Positions 9,278 to 20,701 of a stretch of DNA of 64,000 nt are shown in pieces; position 1 is the stretch's first letter, and every line of letters begins with the position of its first letter. The stretch is taken from contig JAFZZY010000065.1 of NCBI GenBank assembly GCA_017615545.1, positions 4,759 to 68,758 of the forward strand, given 5' to 3'. Source of the DNA: Lachnospiraceae bacterium. Its GTDB lineage: Bacteria > Bacillota > Clostridia > Lachnospirales > Lachnospiraceae. The notes beneath the pieces were generated by a model. The model had not been told where the DNA came from, did not search any database, and was given only the letters and a program-made list of their open reading frames with translations. Both the position numbers and the translations under genes were made by a program.

Positions 9278-9306
9278 TTGACGGGGGATGGTGGGTGTGT
9301 TATGAT
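9278..9306 (+). promoter_or_regulatory. Putative sigma-A promoter
   Basis: TTGACG (9278-9283), 17-nt G-rich spacer, TGtTATGAT (9298-9306). About 200 nt lie between it and the next ATG. Confidence 0.5.
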
Positions 9307-9505
9307 GGGGGTGTGGTTGTGTTCGGGAGTGAGATTAAATATATTTGTTTTTGAGGTTGTCAGGGACTTTTGGTGATCGTATACTTTATTGTAGCCTGAA
9401 TACATATTGTGGAGAGTTTTGACCAAGATGGTGGTTATATGATGACTCGTTTCGTATATTATCCGGTGGATCAAAATAGGATATTTCCACCGGGAAGGTG
9501 TCGTT

Positions 9506-9715
9506 ATGAATGAGAATGAGTTGTATAAGGAACTGGGCGTTTTGACGAAGGAGAAGGAGCGCTGGGAGGAGAGCATCCCGTATGTTGCGTCTCTTTTGGA
9601 CCATGGGTCCGAGAAGATCCGGGCGAAGGCGCTTTGGCTTTTGGGCGAGATGGGGCTGGAGTATCCACAGCGCGGGCGCGATCAAAGCAACGGGCATGGC
9701 GTAATGCATAAATAG
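9506..9715 (+). CDS. Small ORF with a HEAT-repeat-like segment; possible gene remnant
   Basis: 69 aa. EKIRAKALWLLGEMGLEYP resembles a single HEAT/armadillo-type repeat. There is no further support. Confidence 0.25.
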   Translation: MNENELYKELGVLTKEKERWEESIPYVASLLDHGSEKIRAKALWLLGEMGLEYPQRGRDQSNGHGVMHK

Positions 9716-9724
9716 GGGGAGACT

Positions 9725-10258
9725 ATGTGGTTGGAAACGAATAGACTGGTGATCCGGAATCTGAGGCGGACGGATGCTGCGGAATTTGTGAGGATGGCGG
9801 CGGACGGAAGTCTGGAGGAGAGCATCGGCTTTGACGCCGAATGCGGGGCCTGGATGGATGCATGGATCGAGAAAGCGATCGGTCTGGCCGATGCGGATGA
9901 TCCGCGGGGACCGTTCCTGGCTTACGCGATCGAAACGAAGGATACGAAAGAAGTGATCGGCTCGGTCGGCTGCTCCTATTATGACGACCTGAAGAAGGTC
10001 GGGATCACGTATTTTATCGGGGCCGATGTGAGAAACCAGGGCTACGCGGCGGAGGCGGTCTGCGCGTTCGTTCCGTATTTCTTCGAACACTTCGAAGAAA
10101 CGACATTGATCGCGAACATCCTTACGGAAAATGTTCCGTCCCAAAAGGTGGCGGAGCAGGCCGGCTTCGTGCTGAACGAAGTAAAAATGTACCGGGATAT
10201 TGAAGATGTAGAAGAGAAAATGTACTGCTTTTACAGCATTGACCGTCCTGAAAAGTGA
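9725..10258 (+). CDS. GNAT-family N-acetyltransferase (RimJ/RimL-like)
   Basis: Typical N-terminus WLETNRLVIRNLRRTDAAEF and core IGSVGCSYY...GYAAEAV...NVPSQKVAEQAGF. Confidence 0.8.
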   Translation: MWLETNRLVIRNLRRTDAAEFVRMAADGSLEESIGFDAECGAWMDAWIEKAIGLADADDPRGPFLAYAIETKDTKEVIGSVGCSYYDDLKKVGITYFIGADVRNQGYAAEAVCAFVPYFFEHFEETTLIANILTENVPSQKVAEQAGFVLNEVKMYRDIEDVEEKMYCFYSIDRPEK

Positions 10259-10284
10259 GGCGGTAACGATTTGGAGGGAAATCA

Positions 10285-11643
10285 ATGGATAAAAAAGAAA
10301 GAATAGAAAAACTGTACCACGAAGCATATGAAAAGGGCATATTCAATGGTACCTGGCTGTATGCTGAGGATGGCAAGATCGTAAGCAAGGGAGCCGTCGG
10401 CTTCCGCGATTTCGACGATACGCTGCCGATGCAGGAGGATACCCTGTTCCAACTGGCTTCGATCACGAAGCAGTTCACGGCGGTTGCAGTCATGCTTCTG
10501 GTGAGAGAGGGGCGTTTAAGCCTCGAGGATACCGTGACGAAATTCTACCCGGATCTGCCGTATCCGGCGGTCACGATCCGGAACCTGCTGACCCACACGG
10601 GTGGCATTCCGGAAACCTACGATTACAACATCATCATGAAGACGTTTCAGGAAGAACATCGCATCCTGGGCAGTGATGGAGTGATCCGCTTCCTTTCGGA
10701 GGAGGGGGTGGAGCCGTGCTTCGCTCCGGGCGAGCGCTTCGAGTATACTAACGGTGGCTACAACCTCCTGGCGGAGATCGTTGCGAAGGTCGCAGGCGTT
10801 CCGTTTGAGCAGTTTATGAAGGAAAGGATCTTCGAGCCGGCTGGCATGAAGGACACCGCGGTCCGCCATATCTGGAGCGAAGGGCTTCCGAGTGACAACA
10901 TTGCCCGCAATATGGTGCAGGTCGATGGGGAGCACATCCGGGTTACGGATTCGGAAGATGCGGACGTGATCGCGTTCGACGGCCTGAACGGCGACGACTA
11001 TGTTTATACTAACATCTTCGCCATGCTCAATTGGGACCGCGCTCTGCGCGAGGAGAAGGTGGTGACGCTGGCGGAGCAGGACCTTATGTATACGCCGGGT
11101 AGGCTGAATGACGGCAGTGCGGCCGGTGAGGGAGAGCACGGCGACGGTTATGCCTTCGGATGGGGCATCCAGAACGATCCCACATTCGGACGGATCGCGA
11201 GCCACGGAGGCGGTATGCCGGGCCTTAGCACCTGGTTCCAGCATTTTGTCGACAGCGACCGTGTGCTGGTGCTGCTGAACTGCCGCGAGAGCGAGGATGT
11301 CCGCGCGAACTTCAGCCTGTGGAAAGCGATCCGCGCGATCGTCACCGATCAGGAACCGGAGCAGGTCAATTGTATCGAAGATATCGTGAAGGATTCCGAT
11401 ATGTCAAAATGGGCGTCCTACTGCGGACGGTACGAGCATCCTGAAGAAGGTGAGATCCTTCTCGACGAAGTGTATGAAAAGGACGGCGCTTTGTACGCAA
11501 AGGCCATCGAAGAAGACGAAGAGGTCGAATTCCGCCTCTATCCGATCGGTGACCACGAATTCGGCCGCAAGACGGAGTGGTACACCTTTAAATTCGAGGA
11601 TGGCAGCGTGACCTATAACGAAGTCACCTGCAAGAAAAAGTAA
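10285..11643 (+). CDS. Serine hydrolase, beta-lactamase/PBP-like (class C type fold)
   Basis: S-x-x-K motif in FQLASITKQFTAVAVMLL and a downstream YTNGGYNLL (Y-x-N) motif. 452 aa with an extra C-terminal domain. Confidence 0.8.
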   Translation: MDKKERIEKLYHEAYEKGIFNGTWLYAEDGKIVSKGAVGFRDFDDTLPMQEDTLFQLASITKQFTAVAVMLLVREGRLSLEDTVTKFYPDLPYPAVTIRNLLTHTGGIPETYDYNIIMKTFQEEHRILGSDGVIRFLSEEGVEPCFAPGERFEYTNGGYNLLAEIVAKVAGVPFEQFMKERIFEPAGMKDTAVRHIWSEGLPSDNIARNMVQVDGEHIRVTDSEDADVIAFDGLNGDDYVYTNIFAMLNWDRALREEKVVTLAEQDLMYTPGRLNDGSAAGEGEHGDGYAFGWGIQNDPTFGRIASHGGGMPGLSTWFQHFVDSDRVLVLLNCRESEDVRANFSLWKAIRAIVTDQEPEQVNCIEDIVKDSDMSKWASYCGRYEHPEEGEILLDEVYEKDGALYAKAIEEDEEVEFRLYPIGDHEFGRKTEWYTFKFEDGSVTYNEVTCKKK

Positions 11644-11665
11644 GAAAAAGCGAATAAACATAAAA

Positions 11666-11703
11666 CACCCCGGAGCACGGAAAATGCTTCGGGGTCGTTT
11701 TTG
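11666..11703. terminator. Bidirectional terminator between convergent genes
   Basis: ccccggagca / tgcttcgggg stem with T-runs on both strands. Confidence 0.7.
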
Positions 11704-11720
11704 TATATGCTATGTAAGAA

Positions 11721-12728
11721 TTAAAGCAAATGGATGCCATTGGCCGCACAAGCGGTCTTGGTAGCTTCGTCCCACAGGCTCGACTGAACCTCGCCGATGT
11801 GCGCGCATCCGAGCAGGAGCATGCACAGACGGGACTGGCCGATGCCGCCGCCGATGGTGTACGGAAGTTCACCATTTAACAGCAGGCTGTGGAAGTAGGA
11901 TGTGCGGCGATCGTCGCAGTTCGCGATGGTCAGCTGCTTATCCAATGACTCGGGGCTTACGCGGATGCCCATCGAGGAAAGCTCAAACGCACAACCCAGG
12001 GTGTCATCCCAGAAGAGGAGATCGCCGTTCAGGTCCCAGTCATCGTAGTCCGGAGCACGATTGCCGTGCGGCTTTCCGGAAGCCAGCGCGCCGCCGATCT
12101 GCATGATGAAGGTGGTCTTGTGATCCTTCAGGAAGGTCTGCTCACGCTCTTCGGGTGTGAGGTCGGGGAACATATCCTCGAGTTCCTGCGATGTGATGAA
12201 GGTCACCTCGCGGGACAATGTGGTCTTCACGGAAGGGTACTCAGCCTTCAGCGCGTCGAGTGTATTGCAAACGGAAGTCACGATGTTGCGCACCGTTTCC
12301 TTCAGGTAGTCGAAATTACGGTCGGAGACGGAGATGATCTTCTCCCAGTCCCACTGATCCACATAGATGGAGTGGAGATTATCCAGTTCTTCATCACGGC
12401 GGATGGCGTTCATATCGGTGTAGAGACCTTCATGCATGGAAAAACCATAGGTCTTCAGCGCGAGACGCTTCCACTTCGCGAGAGAGTGAACGACCTGCGC
12501 ATCCTTTCCGATGGCGGGTACGTCGAAGCCGACGGGACGCTCCCAGCCGCTCAAGTTATCATTCAATCCGGAGTCCGCCAACACGAAGAGCGGCGCGGAC
12601 ACGCGGCGCAGGTTCAAATGCTCCTCGATCTGAGCCTGGAAGCATTTACGGATGGAGGCGATGGCGCACTGCAGGTCGAAACCCTTCAGCGCGGGCACAT
12701 AGCCCTCCGGGATCTTAACTTTATTCAT
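11721..12728 (-). CDS. asnA: Aspartate--ammonia ligase (asparagine synthetase A)
   Basis: Class-II aaRS-like AsnA signature (RRVSAPLFV, HSLAKWKR, IYVDQWDWEK, GGGIGQSRLCMLLL). ATG at 12728 is preceded by GGAGGAG; the upstream extension in the ORF track lacks an RBS. Confidence 0.9.
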   Translation of the reverse strand: MNKVKIPEGYVPALKGFDLQCAIASIRKCFQAQIEEHLNLRRVSAPLFVLADSGLNDNLSGWERPVGFDVPAIGKDAQVVHSLAKWKRLALKTYGFSMHEGLYTDMNAIRRDEELDNLHSIYVDQWDWEKIISVSDRNFDYLKETVRNIVTSVCNTLDALKAEYPSVKTTLSREVTFITSQELEDMFPDLTPEEREQTFLKDHKTTFIMQIGGALASGKPHGNRAPDYDDWDLNGDLLFWDDTLGCAFELSSMGIRVSPESLDKQLTIANCDDRRTSYFHSLLLNGELPYTIGGGIGQSRLCMLLLGCAHIGEVQSSLWDEATKTACAANGIHLL

Positions 12729-12777
12729 AATAGTACTCCTCCTCTTAGAAAGATAGGAAAATAAAAAACCAAAATTT

Positions 12778-12806
12778 AGTCTAGCACAAGGCCTATTATC
12801 TGTCAA
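12778..12806 (-). promoter_or_regulatory. Sigma-A promoter for asnA
   Basis: On the minus strand: TTGACA, 17 nt, TGcTAGACT. Confidence 0.6.
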
Positions 12807-12821
12807 GAAAAAACGAGGAGA

Positions 12822-13586
12822 TCAGACGTTCTTCTTATAGATAAGGTAAAGGCCGCTCAGCAGGAGATCGTTGTCGTATTCGATCTCATGACGGCAGGAG
12901 GGGATGACGTAGCGAGCCATGCCGCCGGTCGCAACGACCGTGCACTTAGCGCCGAGTTCGTCATCGATCCTTTCGATGAGTCCGTCCATCATGGCTGCGT
13001 TGCCGAAGATCAGTCCGCCGCGCATACATTCGACCGTGTTGCGGCCAATGACGCGCTTCGGGATGTCCAGTGAGATATCCGGCAACTGGGCCGTGCTGCT
13101 CGACATGGCCATGGCCGCAGCGCGAAGTCCGGGCGCGATCATGCCGCCGAGGAAATTTCGGTTCTTATCGATGACGGAGACGGTGGTTGCCGTGCCCATG
13201 TCGAAGATGATCATGGGGCAGGGGTACTTCTCCAGGGCGCCGACGGCTGCGACTACGAGGTCCGCGCCGAGCTGCGCCGGGTTTTCGATCAGGATGTTCA
13301 GGCCCGTTTTTACACCGGGGCCGACTACGAGAGGGGATTTGCCGAGAACACGCGTTACGGCCTGCGCGATCGTGTCGCCGATGGAAGGAACGACCGAAGA
13401 GATGATCGAGCCTTCGATCTGATCGCAGGTGATCTTCTGGAAGTCCAGAATGCTCTGGAAAATGATGGAATACTCGAACGGCGTCTTGTTATGGTCACTG
13501 GAAACGCGCTCGGTAAAATACACGTTTTTATCGTCGATGCAACCGAAGGTTATATTCGTGTTGCCGATGTCGATCGCAAATATCAT
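12822..13586 (-). CDS. coaX: Type III pantothenate kinase
   Basis: MIFAIDIGNTNITFG start motif, DMGTATT and TGGMA motifs of the CoaX/ASKHA fold. ATG at 13586 is preceded by AAGGAG. Confidence 0.9.
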   Translation of the reverse strand: MIFAIDIGNTNITFGCIDDKNVYFTERVSSDHNKTPFEYSIIFQSILDFQKITCDQIEGSIISSVVPSIGDTIAQAVTRVLGKSPLVVGPGVKTGLNILIENPAQLGADLVVAAVGALEKYPCPMIIFDMGTATTVSVIDKNRNFLGGMIAPGLRAAAMAMSSSTAQLPDISLDIPKRVIGRNTVECMRGGLIFGNAAMMDGLIERIDDELGAKCTVVATGGMARYVIPSCRHEIEYDNDLLLSGLYLIYKKNV

Positions 13587-13703
13587 AGTTGTGTTTCTCC
13601 TTGTCATTTCGCCGGAAAACGGGCTTTCGGGCCGCATTTTCCGAATTCTCACTAATAATCTATCAAAGAAACGGGGGAAAAGCAAGCAAAAATGAAAAAG
13701 AGG

Positions 13704-13732
13704 TTGACTTTATAAAATGAAATTGATAAGAT
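13704..13732 (+). promoter_or_regulatory. Putative promoter of the ilvN-ilvC...leuCD operon
   Basis: TTGACT (13704-13709), 17 nt, TGaTAAGAT. Confidence 0.5.
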
Positions 13733-13786
13733 AAGAGGTAGCATTCAAATAAATGCAAACCCTTAAACAAGGACAGGAGGAGCTTT

Positions 13787-14293
13787 ATGAACAATCGTAT
13801 GGTATTATCCCTGCTGGTGGATAACCAGGCCGGTGTCTTAAGCCGTGTGTCCGGTTTGTTCAGCCGTAGAGGGTACAACATTGACAGTCTTACCGTGGGA
13901 GTGACCGAGAACCCGAATTTCTCCCGTATGACCGTTGTCGCTTCCGGTGAGCCGGAGGCCCTGGAGCAGATCTACAAGCAACTGGACAAACTGGTCGATG
14001 TGGTGGATATCAAGGAACTTGAGCCCGAGTCTTCGGTTACACGTGAACTGGTACTGATCAAGGTTGCGGCTACCGCAGAGAATCGTCACAAAGTCGTGGC
14101 GGTCGCAGACATTTTCCGTGCAAACGTCATCGACGTTTCGACGACATCCGTGATCATCGAACTCACGGGTAACAGCCAGAAGATCCAGGCATTCATCCAT
14201 CTTTTGGAAGGTTTCGAGATCAAGCAGCTGGTACGCACCGGCGTTGCGGGACTTCCCAGAGGATCTGAGGACGAGCCGTATCTCGAGGATTAA
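13787..14293 (+). CDS. ilvN: Acetolactate synthase small (regulatory) subunit
   Basis: ACT-domain N-terminus LSLLVDNQAGVLSRVSGLFSRRGYNIDSLTVG and the C-terminal ALS_ss_C pattern. Confidence 0.9.
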   Translation: MNNRMVLSLLVDNQAGVLSRVSGLFSRRGYNIDSLTVGVTENPNFSRMTVVASGEPEALEQIYKQLDKLVDVVDIKELEPESSVTRELVLIKVAATAENRHKVVAVADIFRANVIDVSTTSVIIELTGNSQKIQAFIHLLEGFEIKQLVRTGVAGLPRGSEDEPYLED

Positions 14294-14359
14294 GATCGAT
14301 TTTTCAGGCATTGCCTGCAAAACAGGAGCTTTCCGCTCCCGGATATTTTAAACATTTAA

Positions 14360-15400
<1,041 letters not shown>

Positions 15401-15432
15401 TCCATTTTGATCTGACAATAGTTTCACATTTG

Positions 15433-15466
15433 CCGGGCAGGGACACATAAGCCCTGCCCGGTTTTC
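15433..15466 (+). terminator. Hairpin / possible terminator after ilvC
   Basis: ccgggcaggg / ccctgcccgg 10-bp stem followed by ttttcgatttt. Confidence 0.7.
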
Positions 15467-15508
15467 GATTTTGAGGGTTAGAGCTTAGAAAACATGGGAG
15501 AAGAATAG

Positions 15509-16873
15509 ATGTTAGAATACTTTAAAAAACGCGTATCCAGAAACATGAAGATCACCGTGATCGTGTGTGCAATCATCATCGTGGGCGCTATGGCTGTCAC
15601 ACGTTTTGATTTTATCAAGTTCCTTACCGGTCCTTCCAAGGCTGACATGATGCAGTCTATGGCATCCTTGGATGGCAAATATGTTACATTTGACGCTGAA
15701 TATGTTATTGCAAACTATATAAGAACAGAGACCTATACGACGAAAAACGGCGTGAAGGTCGGATCGTCCAAACTGACATCCGTCGGTTATCTGGTGCTCA
15801 TGACGAAAGAAGCAGGTGAAAACCTGGACATGCATTTCTTCGGTATCGTCGCTCCTGCGAAGAGTGATAAGACACTGTACGCTCTCGGTGAAGATTTTAT
15901 TAACTATTTGAGCGGTACCGGCGTAAAGCCGACCCCCTATCATTTCACGGGATCGGTACGTAAGGTTAAAGAAAAGGAATTGCAGTACTGGAACAACTGC
16001 CTGGATTCGATCGGCTTCGATGAGATCTTTAACAGAAAGGACCTGGAGGTCTACACCGTCGACTACGATCTGGTCGGCCGTTCATCAAAGGGGCTGGTCA
16101 TCGTTTGCCTGATCGTTATGTTGGTGGCAGCGCTTTATGCAGTCTTCCATGTGGTATTCTCCATGATGTCCTTTGACGCTCCGGTGAAGAAATTCCTGGC
16201 TGTCGATACAAGACGCAGCATGGATAAACTGAATGATTCGTTTGCGGGCGCGACGAAGATCAGCGATGATATGTTCATTTCCCGCGATTACATCTTCTAT
16301 CGCAAGGGCGGAAAGATCCATGTGATCGACCTGAGCGAAGTTGTTTGGACCTATGTTTATACCTACAAGGGCACAAACTATCTGCGTTTGTACGGCATCA
16401 ACGGAAAGCTTATCGCAGCTCCGGCTACCGGCCAGGCACCTGCGGCAGTCAGAACCATCGACCAGTTGGTTCCGCACTGCGTATGCGGTTACAATGCAGA
16501 ACTGAATAAGATGTTTTCGAAGGATCTCGCTTCCTTCCTGAAGCTGAAGTATTATCCTGCAAAGCAGGCACAGAGCGCAGGTCAGATGACTGAGGCGCCT
16601 TCCTTTGAGATGGATCTCGAGGGCAATGTACATCCCGTGGAGAATCTGAGCTCCGTGATGACATCCGCACAGGCTGCTGAGCCCGTTTACACCCCGGACT
16701 CCGATGAACTCGAGAAGGATCTGGCGGCGATGATGAGCGGCGCTTCCGAGGCTACGGATACAGCGGCAACACAGGCACAGGAAGCTGCCCAGGACGTGCA
16801 GAATGCAGCAGAAACAGAAAAGAGTCCTTACGATCTGGATTTCAAACCGATCGATCTGGATGACAATAAATAA
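15509..16873 (+). CDS. Hypothetical two-TM membrane protein with an acidic, low-complexity C-terminus
   Basis: 454 aa with an RBS GGGAGAAG before the ATG. TM segments are ITVIVCAIIIVGAMAV and GLVIVCLIVMLVAALYAVFHVVF. I recognise no family. Confidence 0.6.
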   Translation: MLEYFKKRVSRNMKITVIVCAIIIVGAMAVTRFDFIKFLTGPSKADMMQSMASLDGKYVTFDAEYVIANYIRTETYTTKNGVKVGSSKLTSVGYLVLMTKEAGENLDMHFFGIVAPAKSDKTLYALGEDFINYLSGTGVKPTPYHFTGSVRKVKEKELQYWNNCLDSIGFDEIFNRKDLEVYTVDYDLVGRSSKGLVIVCLIVMLVAALYAVFHVVFSMMSFDAPVKKFLAVDTRRSMDKLNDSFAGATKISDDMFISRDYIFYRKGGKIHVIDLSEVVWTYVYTYKGTNYLRLYGINGKLIAAPATGQAPAAVRTIDQLVPHCVCGYNAELNKMFSKDLASFLKLKYYPAKQAQSAGQMTEAPSFEMDLEGNVHPVENLSSVMTSAQAAEPVYTPDSDELEKDLAAMMSGASEATDTAATQAQEAAQDVQNAAETEKSPYDLDFKPIDLDDNK

Positions 16874-16903
16874 TAGCAACATCATAAACTGGAGGTATTG
16901 GTT

Positions 16904-18178
16904 ATGGGAATGACAATGACGCAAAAGATATTGGCGGCGGCCGCCGGACTTGCAAAGGTTGAAGCAGGACAGCTCATCGAGGCAAATCTGGATCTGGTAC
17001 TCGGCAACGATATCACGTCACCGGTAGCCATTCATGAAATGGATAAGTTTGAGGCGGAAGGCGTGTTCGATCAGGATAAGATCGCCCTGGTCATGGACCA
17101 CTTCGTGCCGAATAAGGACATTAAGAGCGCAGAGCACTGTAAGTGCGTCCGCAATTTCGCAAATAAGCACGGCATCACGAATTTCTTCGATGTCGGCAAG
17201 ATGGGCATCGAGCATGCGCTGCTCCCGGAGCAGGGCCTGGTCGTAGCGGGCAATGTCGTGATCGGCGCGGATTCCCATACCTGTACTTACGGCGCGTTGG
17301 GAGCATTTTCCACGGGCGTTGGCTCGACGGACATGGCAGCCGGCATGGCGACCGGTAAGGCTTGGTTCAAGGTTCCCGCAGCCATTAAATTCGAACTCGT
17401 AGGAAAGCCGGCACCGTGGATCAGCGGTAAGGATATCATCCTGCACATCATCGGTACCATCGGTGTGGACGGCGCGCTGTACCAGTCGATGGAATTCACC
17501 GGCGAGGGCATTCAGTACCTGTCCATGGACGATCGTTTCACCATCGCCAACATGGCGATCGAGGCGGGCGGTAAGAACGGTATCTTCCCGGTCGATGAGA
17601 AGACTATCGAGTTCATGAAAGCACACTCCACGAAGCCTTATAAGATCTTTGAGGCAGATTCGGACGCAGAGTATGTTCAGACATACACGATCGACCTTTC
17701 GACTTTGAAGTCGACGGTTGCGTTCCCGCATTTGCCGGAAAATACATACACCATTGACCAGGTAGGTGATATCGCGGTCGATCAGGTTGTGATTGGTTCC
17801 TGTACGAATGGTTATATGTCCGACCTTCGCACCGCTGCGAAGATCCTGAAGGGACATCAGGTAGCGAAGGGTGTACGTTGTATCGTGATCCCGGCTACAC
17901 AGACCATCTATTTGAAGGCGCTGGAAGAGGGCCTGCTCACCACGTTTATCCAGGCGGGCGCTGTAGTCAGCACACCGACGTGCGGACCGTGTCTGGGTGG
18001 TTACATGGGCATCCTGGCAGCCGGCGAGCGTTGCGTTTCCACGACGAACCGTAACTTTGTCGGACGTATGGGACATGTGGATTCCGAAGTATATCTGGCG
18101 AGCCCTGCCGTAGCGGCAGCATCGGCCATCACCGGAAAGATCACCTCTCCGGCAGATATTGCGGACATTCAGGCTTGA
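16904..18178 (+). CDS. leuC: 3-isopropylmalate dehydratase large subunit
   Basis: Aconitase-family motifs ([26 protein letters not shown]). ATG at 16904 lies 8 nt after GGAGG. Confidence 0.93.
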   Translation: MGMTMTQKILAAAAGLAKVEAGQLIEANLDLVLGNDITSPVAIHEMDKFEAEGVFDQDKIALVMDHFVPNKDIKSAEHCKCVRNFANKHGITNFFDVGKMGIEHALLPEQGLVVAGNVVIGADSHTCTYGALGAFSTGVGSTDMAAGMATGKAWFKVPAAIKFELVGKPAPWISGKDIILHIIGTIGVDGALYQSMEFTGEGIQYLSMDDRFTIANMAIEAGGKNGIFPVDEKTIEFMKAHSTKPYKIFEADSDAEYVQTYTIDLSTLKSTVAFPHLPENTYTIDQVGDIAVDQVVIGSCTNGYMSDLRTAAKILKGHQVAKGVRCIVIPATQTIYLKALEEGLLTTFIQAGAVVSTPTCGPCLGGYMGILAAGERCVSTTNRNFVGRMGHVDSEVYLASPAVAAASAITGKITSPADIADIQA

Positions 18179-18191
18179 AAGGAGTACCACA

Positions 18192-18686
18192 ATGAGAGCA
18201 AACGGAACAGTTTTTAAGTTTCATGACAATGTAGATACGGATGTCATCATCCCGGCACGTTACCTGAATTCCTCCGACCCGGCAGAACTGGCAAAGCACT
18301 GCATGGAGGATATCGATGCGACCTTCGTTAATAAGGTTGCAAAGGGCGACATCATCGTAGCCGGTAAGAACTTCGGCTGCGGCTCCTCACGTGAGCATGC
18401 TCCGATCTCCATCAAGGCGGCAGGCGTCAGCTGCGTTATCGCGAAGACATTTGCCCGCATCTTTTACCGCAACGCGATCAATATCGGACTTCCGATCATC
18501 GAGTGCGAGGCGGCTTACGATGGCATCGATGCCGGCGATACGGTAGAGATCGACTTCGATGAAGGCATCATTTATAATCGTACCAAGGGTACGCAGTTTA
18601 TGGGTCAGGCATTCCCTCCGTTCATGCAGAAGATCATCGCTGCTGAGGGCCTGATCAACTATATCAATCAGGGAAAGAACCGATAA
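18192..18686 (+). CDS. leuD: 3-isopropylmalate dehydratase small subunit
   Basis: [14 protein letters not shown] swivel-domain motif. ATG at 18192 follows AAGGAG. Confidence 0.93.
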   Translation: MRANGTVFKFHDNVDTDVIIPARYLNSSDPAELAKHCMEDIDATFVNKVAKGDIIVAGKNFGCGSSREHAPISIKAAGVSCVIAKTFARIFYRNAINIGLPIIECEAAYDGIDAGDTVEIDFDEGIIYNRTKGTQFMGQAFPPFMQKIIAAEGLINYINQGKNR

Positions 18687-18699
18687 GCTTGGGTTAAGA

Positions 18700-19800
18700 G
18701 TGATCATGAGAAAAAGATGGGCGCCGATCGCGGCGGGCGTGTTATTGTTGGTCATGCTCGTGCTTTGTGTGATCTCTGTTGTGGAGTCGAAGCGTGAGTC
18801 TTCCGTGAAACTGACACGATCCATGGATATCAATCATAAAGAGCTGGAGATCACGGCTTATGCGGAACGCAGCCAGATGACGGCGGACGAACTGTCTAAA
18901 TGTGTGGATGGGGCATTTTCCCTATGTCGTGATTATACAGACAAATATTTCGACGAAGAGAGCACTGAAAGTGAGCTGGGTCGTATCGCGGATCTCCAAA
19001 GCAAAGGTGAGGGAGGCCGCTATGACCTGAGTCCTTCGCCGCTTCTTTTGGTCCGCTCGGGTCTGGCGCTTACGGAGTTTTCGGGCGGCGCCTACGACAT
19101 TACGGCGGGTGCTCTGTATCGTTTGTTTGATGATCCGGAAGCGGAACCGACCGATGAGGAGATCGCCGAGGCGTTGAAGCTGTGCGGGACTTCCGGTTTG
19201 GAAGTCGAAGCGAACGGCATTAAACTGGCCGACGGAGTGGTCTTGGACCTCGAGAGTCTGGCCGACTGTTATATGTGCCGTGTTCTCGAGGAGTATTTCG
19301 TGCTGTGCGGGATCTCCAATGTCTGCGTGAGCTATGGCGACGTTGTGTTCGTGGCCGGCGGAAAGCTTACGACCGAAGGCTTTTTATTCTGGAAGCATAT
19401 TGAGAAGGAGCCGTTTGAAGTCCTCCTTCCGGATGCTTATACGGATCTGAAGGAAGATAAGATCGAGGCGTACGACGGGTATTATGCCTGGGCTGCACGT
19501 CCGGAGGCGGCATCGGCCAATGCTCTTTACACGGATGCCGAACCGTTTATCTCTTCCGACAGCGGAGAAGAGTATGATCACGACACCGGATCGGTAGCTG
19601 TCGTGGTGAAAAATGACGCCCGCGCCTGGTATGCGCATGCGCTTGCACACATGTTCCTGGCACTCGGCAAAGAAAACTCGATGAAACTGCTTTCAAGCGG
19701 CCTGCTTGAATCCACGTTCGACCTGCACATTCAGTATGTGCGGTTCGAATCTACTTCGGGCGAGACCGAGGTCTACGAGGCACCGAAACAAGATCAATAA
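18700..19800 (+). CDS. Divergent ApbE-like (FAD:protein FMN transferase family) membrane-anchored protein
   Basis: N-terminal TM anchor. ApbE-like blocks STESELGRIAD and SGGAYDITAGALYRLF, plus LADCYMCRVLEEYF...GDVVFVAGG. The start is GTG 18700 or ATG 18706. Confidence 0.5.
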   Translation: MIMRKRWAPIAAGVLLLVMLVLCVISVVESKRESSVKLTRSMDINHKELEITAYAERSQMTADELSKCVDGAFSLCRDYTDKYFDEESTESELGRIADLQSKGEGGRYDLSPSPLLLVRSGLALTEFSGGAYDITAGALYRLFDDPEAEPTDEEIAEALKLCGTSGLEVEANGIKLADGVVLDLESLADCYMCRVLEEYFVLCGISNVCVSYGDVVFVAGGKLTTEGFLFWKHIEKEPFEVLLPDAYTDLKEDKIEAYDGYYAWAARPEAASANALYTDAEPFISSDSGEEYDHDTGSVAVVVKNDARAWYAHALAHMFLALGKENSMKLLSSGLLESTFDLHIQYVRFESTSGETEVYEAPKQDQ

Positions 19801-19811
19801 TATGAATTATC

Positions 19812-19869
19812 AGCCGGCCCGCAGTCGGCAACGACCGGCCTACGTGTGGTTGTTGCGGGTCGGTTTTTG
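19812..19869 (+). terminator. Compound hairpin with T-run
   Basis: ccggcccgca ... tgcgggtcgg followed by ttttt. The long loop makes this less certain. Confidence 0.45.
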
Positions 19870-19903
19870 TATACGAAACTGAACCTTTCGGAGAGGAGAA
19901 GAT

Positions 19904-20701
19904 ATGAGCAGAGATGCCGGAGTGATCCTGCGGATCCTGGATAATGACAGGCTGCGTGTGGAGACGTTACAGGAAGTGACGTCGACCAACGGGTTTTTGT
20001 TGTCGCGTGGAGCCGCCGGGGAAGCCGAGGGTCTGATCCTGACGGCAGACCGCCAGACGGCCGGCCGCGGTCGCAGCGGACGGAGCTTTTATTCGCCCGA
20101 TGTGGCAGGCATCTATACGAGCCTTCTTCTGCGTCCGAAGCTTACGATGGAGCAGATCGAGAAACTGACCCCGCTGGCGGCGGTCGCGGTCTGCGAGGTT
20201 TTGGAAGAGATCGCAGGCTGTCGTCTTCAGATCAAATGGGTCAATGATGTTTATCGCGATGGTCGAAAGATCTGCGGCATCCTGGCGCAGGCTTCGCCGA
20301 CATTTACCAACGGGATCCCGGATTATGTAGTCATGGGTATCGGGATCAATCTGTTCCCGCCGCAGGGTGATTTTCCGCAGGAGATCCGGGACGTGGCTGG
20401 TAGCCTTTGGGACGGGCCCGTTTCTGACCCGCTGATCCGTGAGAAGATCATTGGACGGCTGTGGAAACGATTTTATGAATTATATCAGGATCCGGACGAT
20501 ACCTCGTTCGTGGAAACCTATCGGGCGCACATGATGTTGCTCGGGGAGGAAGTCATCGCTTATGACGGGGCGGACGGTTCGGAACGGGTGGCCAGATTAA
20601 CGGGACTGACCGACGATTATGCACTTTTACTTCAATTTGAAGGAGAGAGTGCGCCGGCTGAAGTCCGCACCGGAGAGATTCGTATACGGAGGCGCCTATG
20701 A
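19904..20701 (+). CDS. birA: Biotin--[acetyl-CoA-carboxylase] ligase, class I (no N-terminal HTH)
   Basis: GRGRSGRSFYSP biotin-binding loop and KWVNDVY motif. 265 aa. Confidence 0.9.
   Translation: MSRDAGVILRILDNDRLRVETLQEVTSTNGFLLSRGAAGEAEGLILTADRQTAGRGRSGRSFYSPDVAGIYTSLLLRPKLTMEQIEKLTPLAAVAVCEVLEEIAGCRLQIKWVNDVYRDGRKICGILAQASPTFTNGIPDYVVMGIGINLFPPQGDFPQEIRDVAGSLWDGPVSDPLIREKIIGRLWKRFYELYQDPDDTSFVETYRAHMMLLGEEVIAYDGADGSERVARLTGLTDDYALLLQFEGESAPAEVRTGEIRIRRRL

Noticed and set aside
9284-9330. G-runs (GGGGG, GGG, GGGGG, GGG) suggesting a G-quadruplex over the promoter.
   Set aside because: The loops between tracts are long (up to about 16 nt) and the runs overlap the promoter spacer. There is no independent support.
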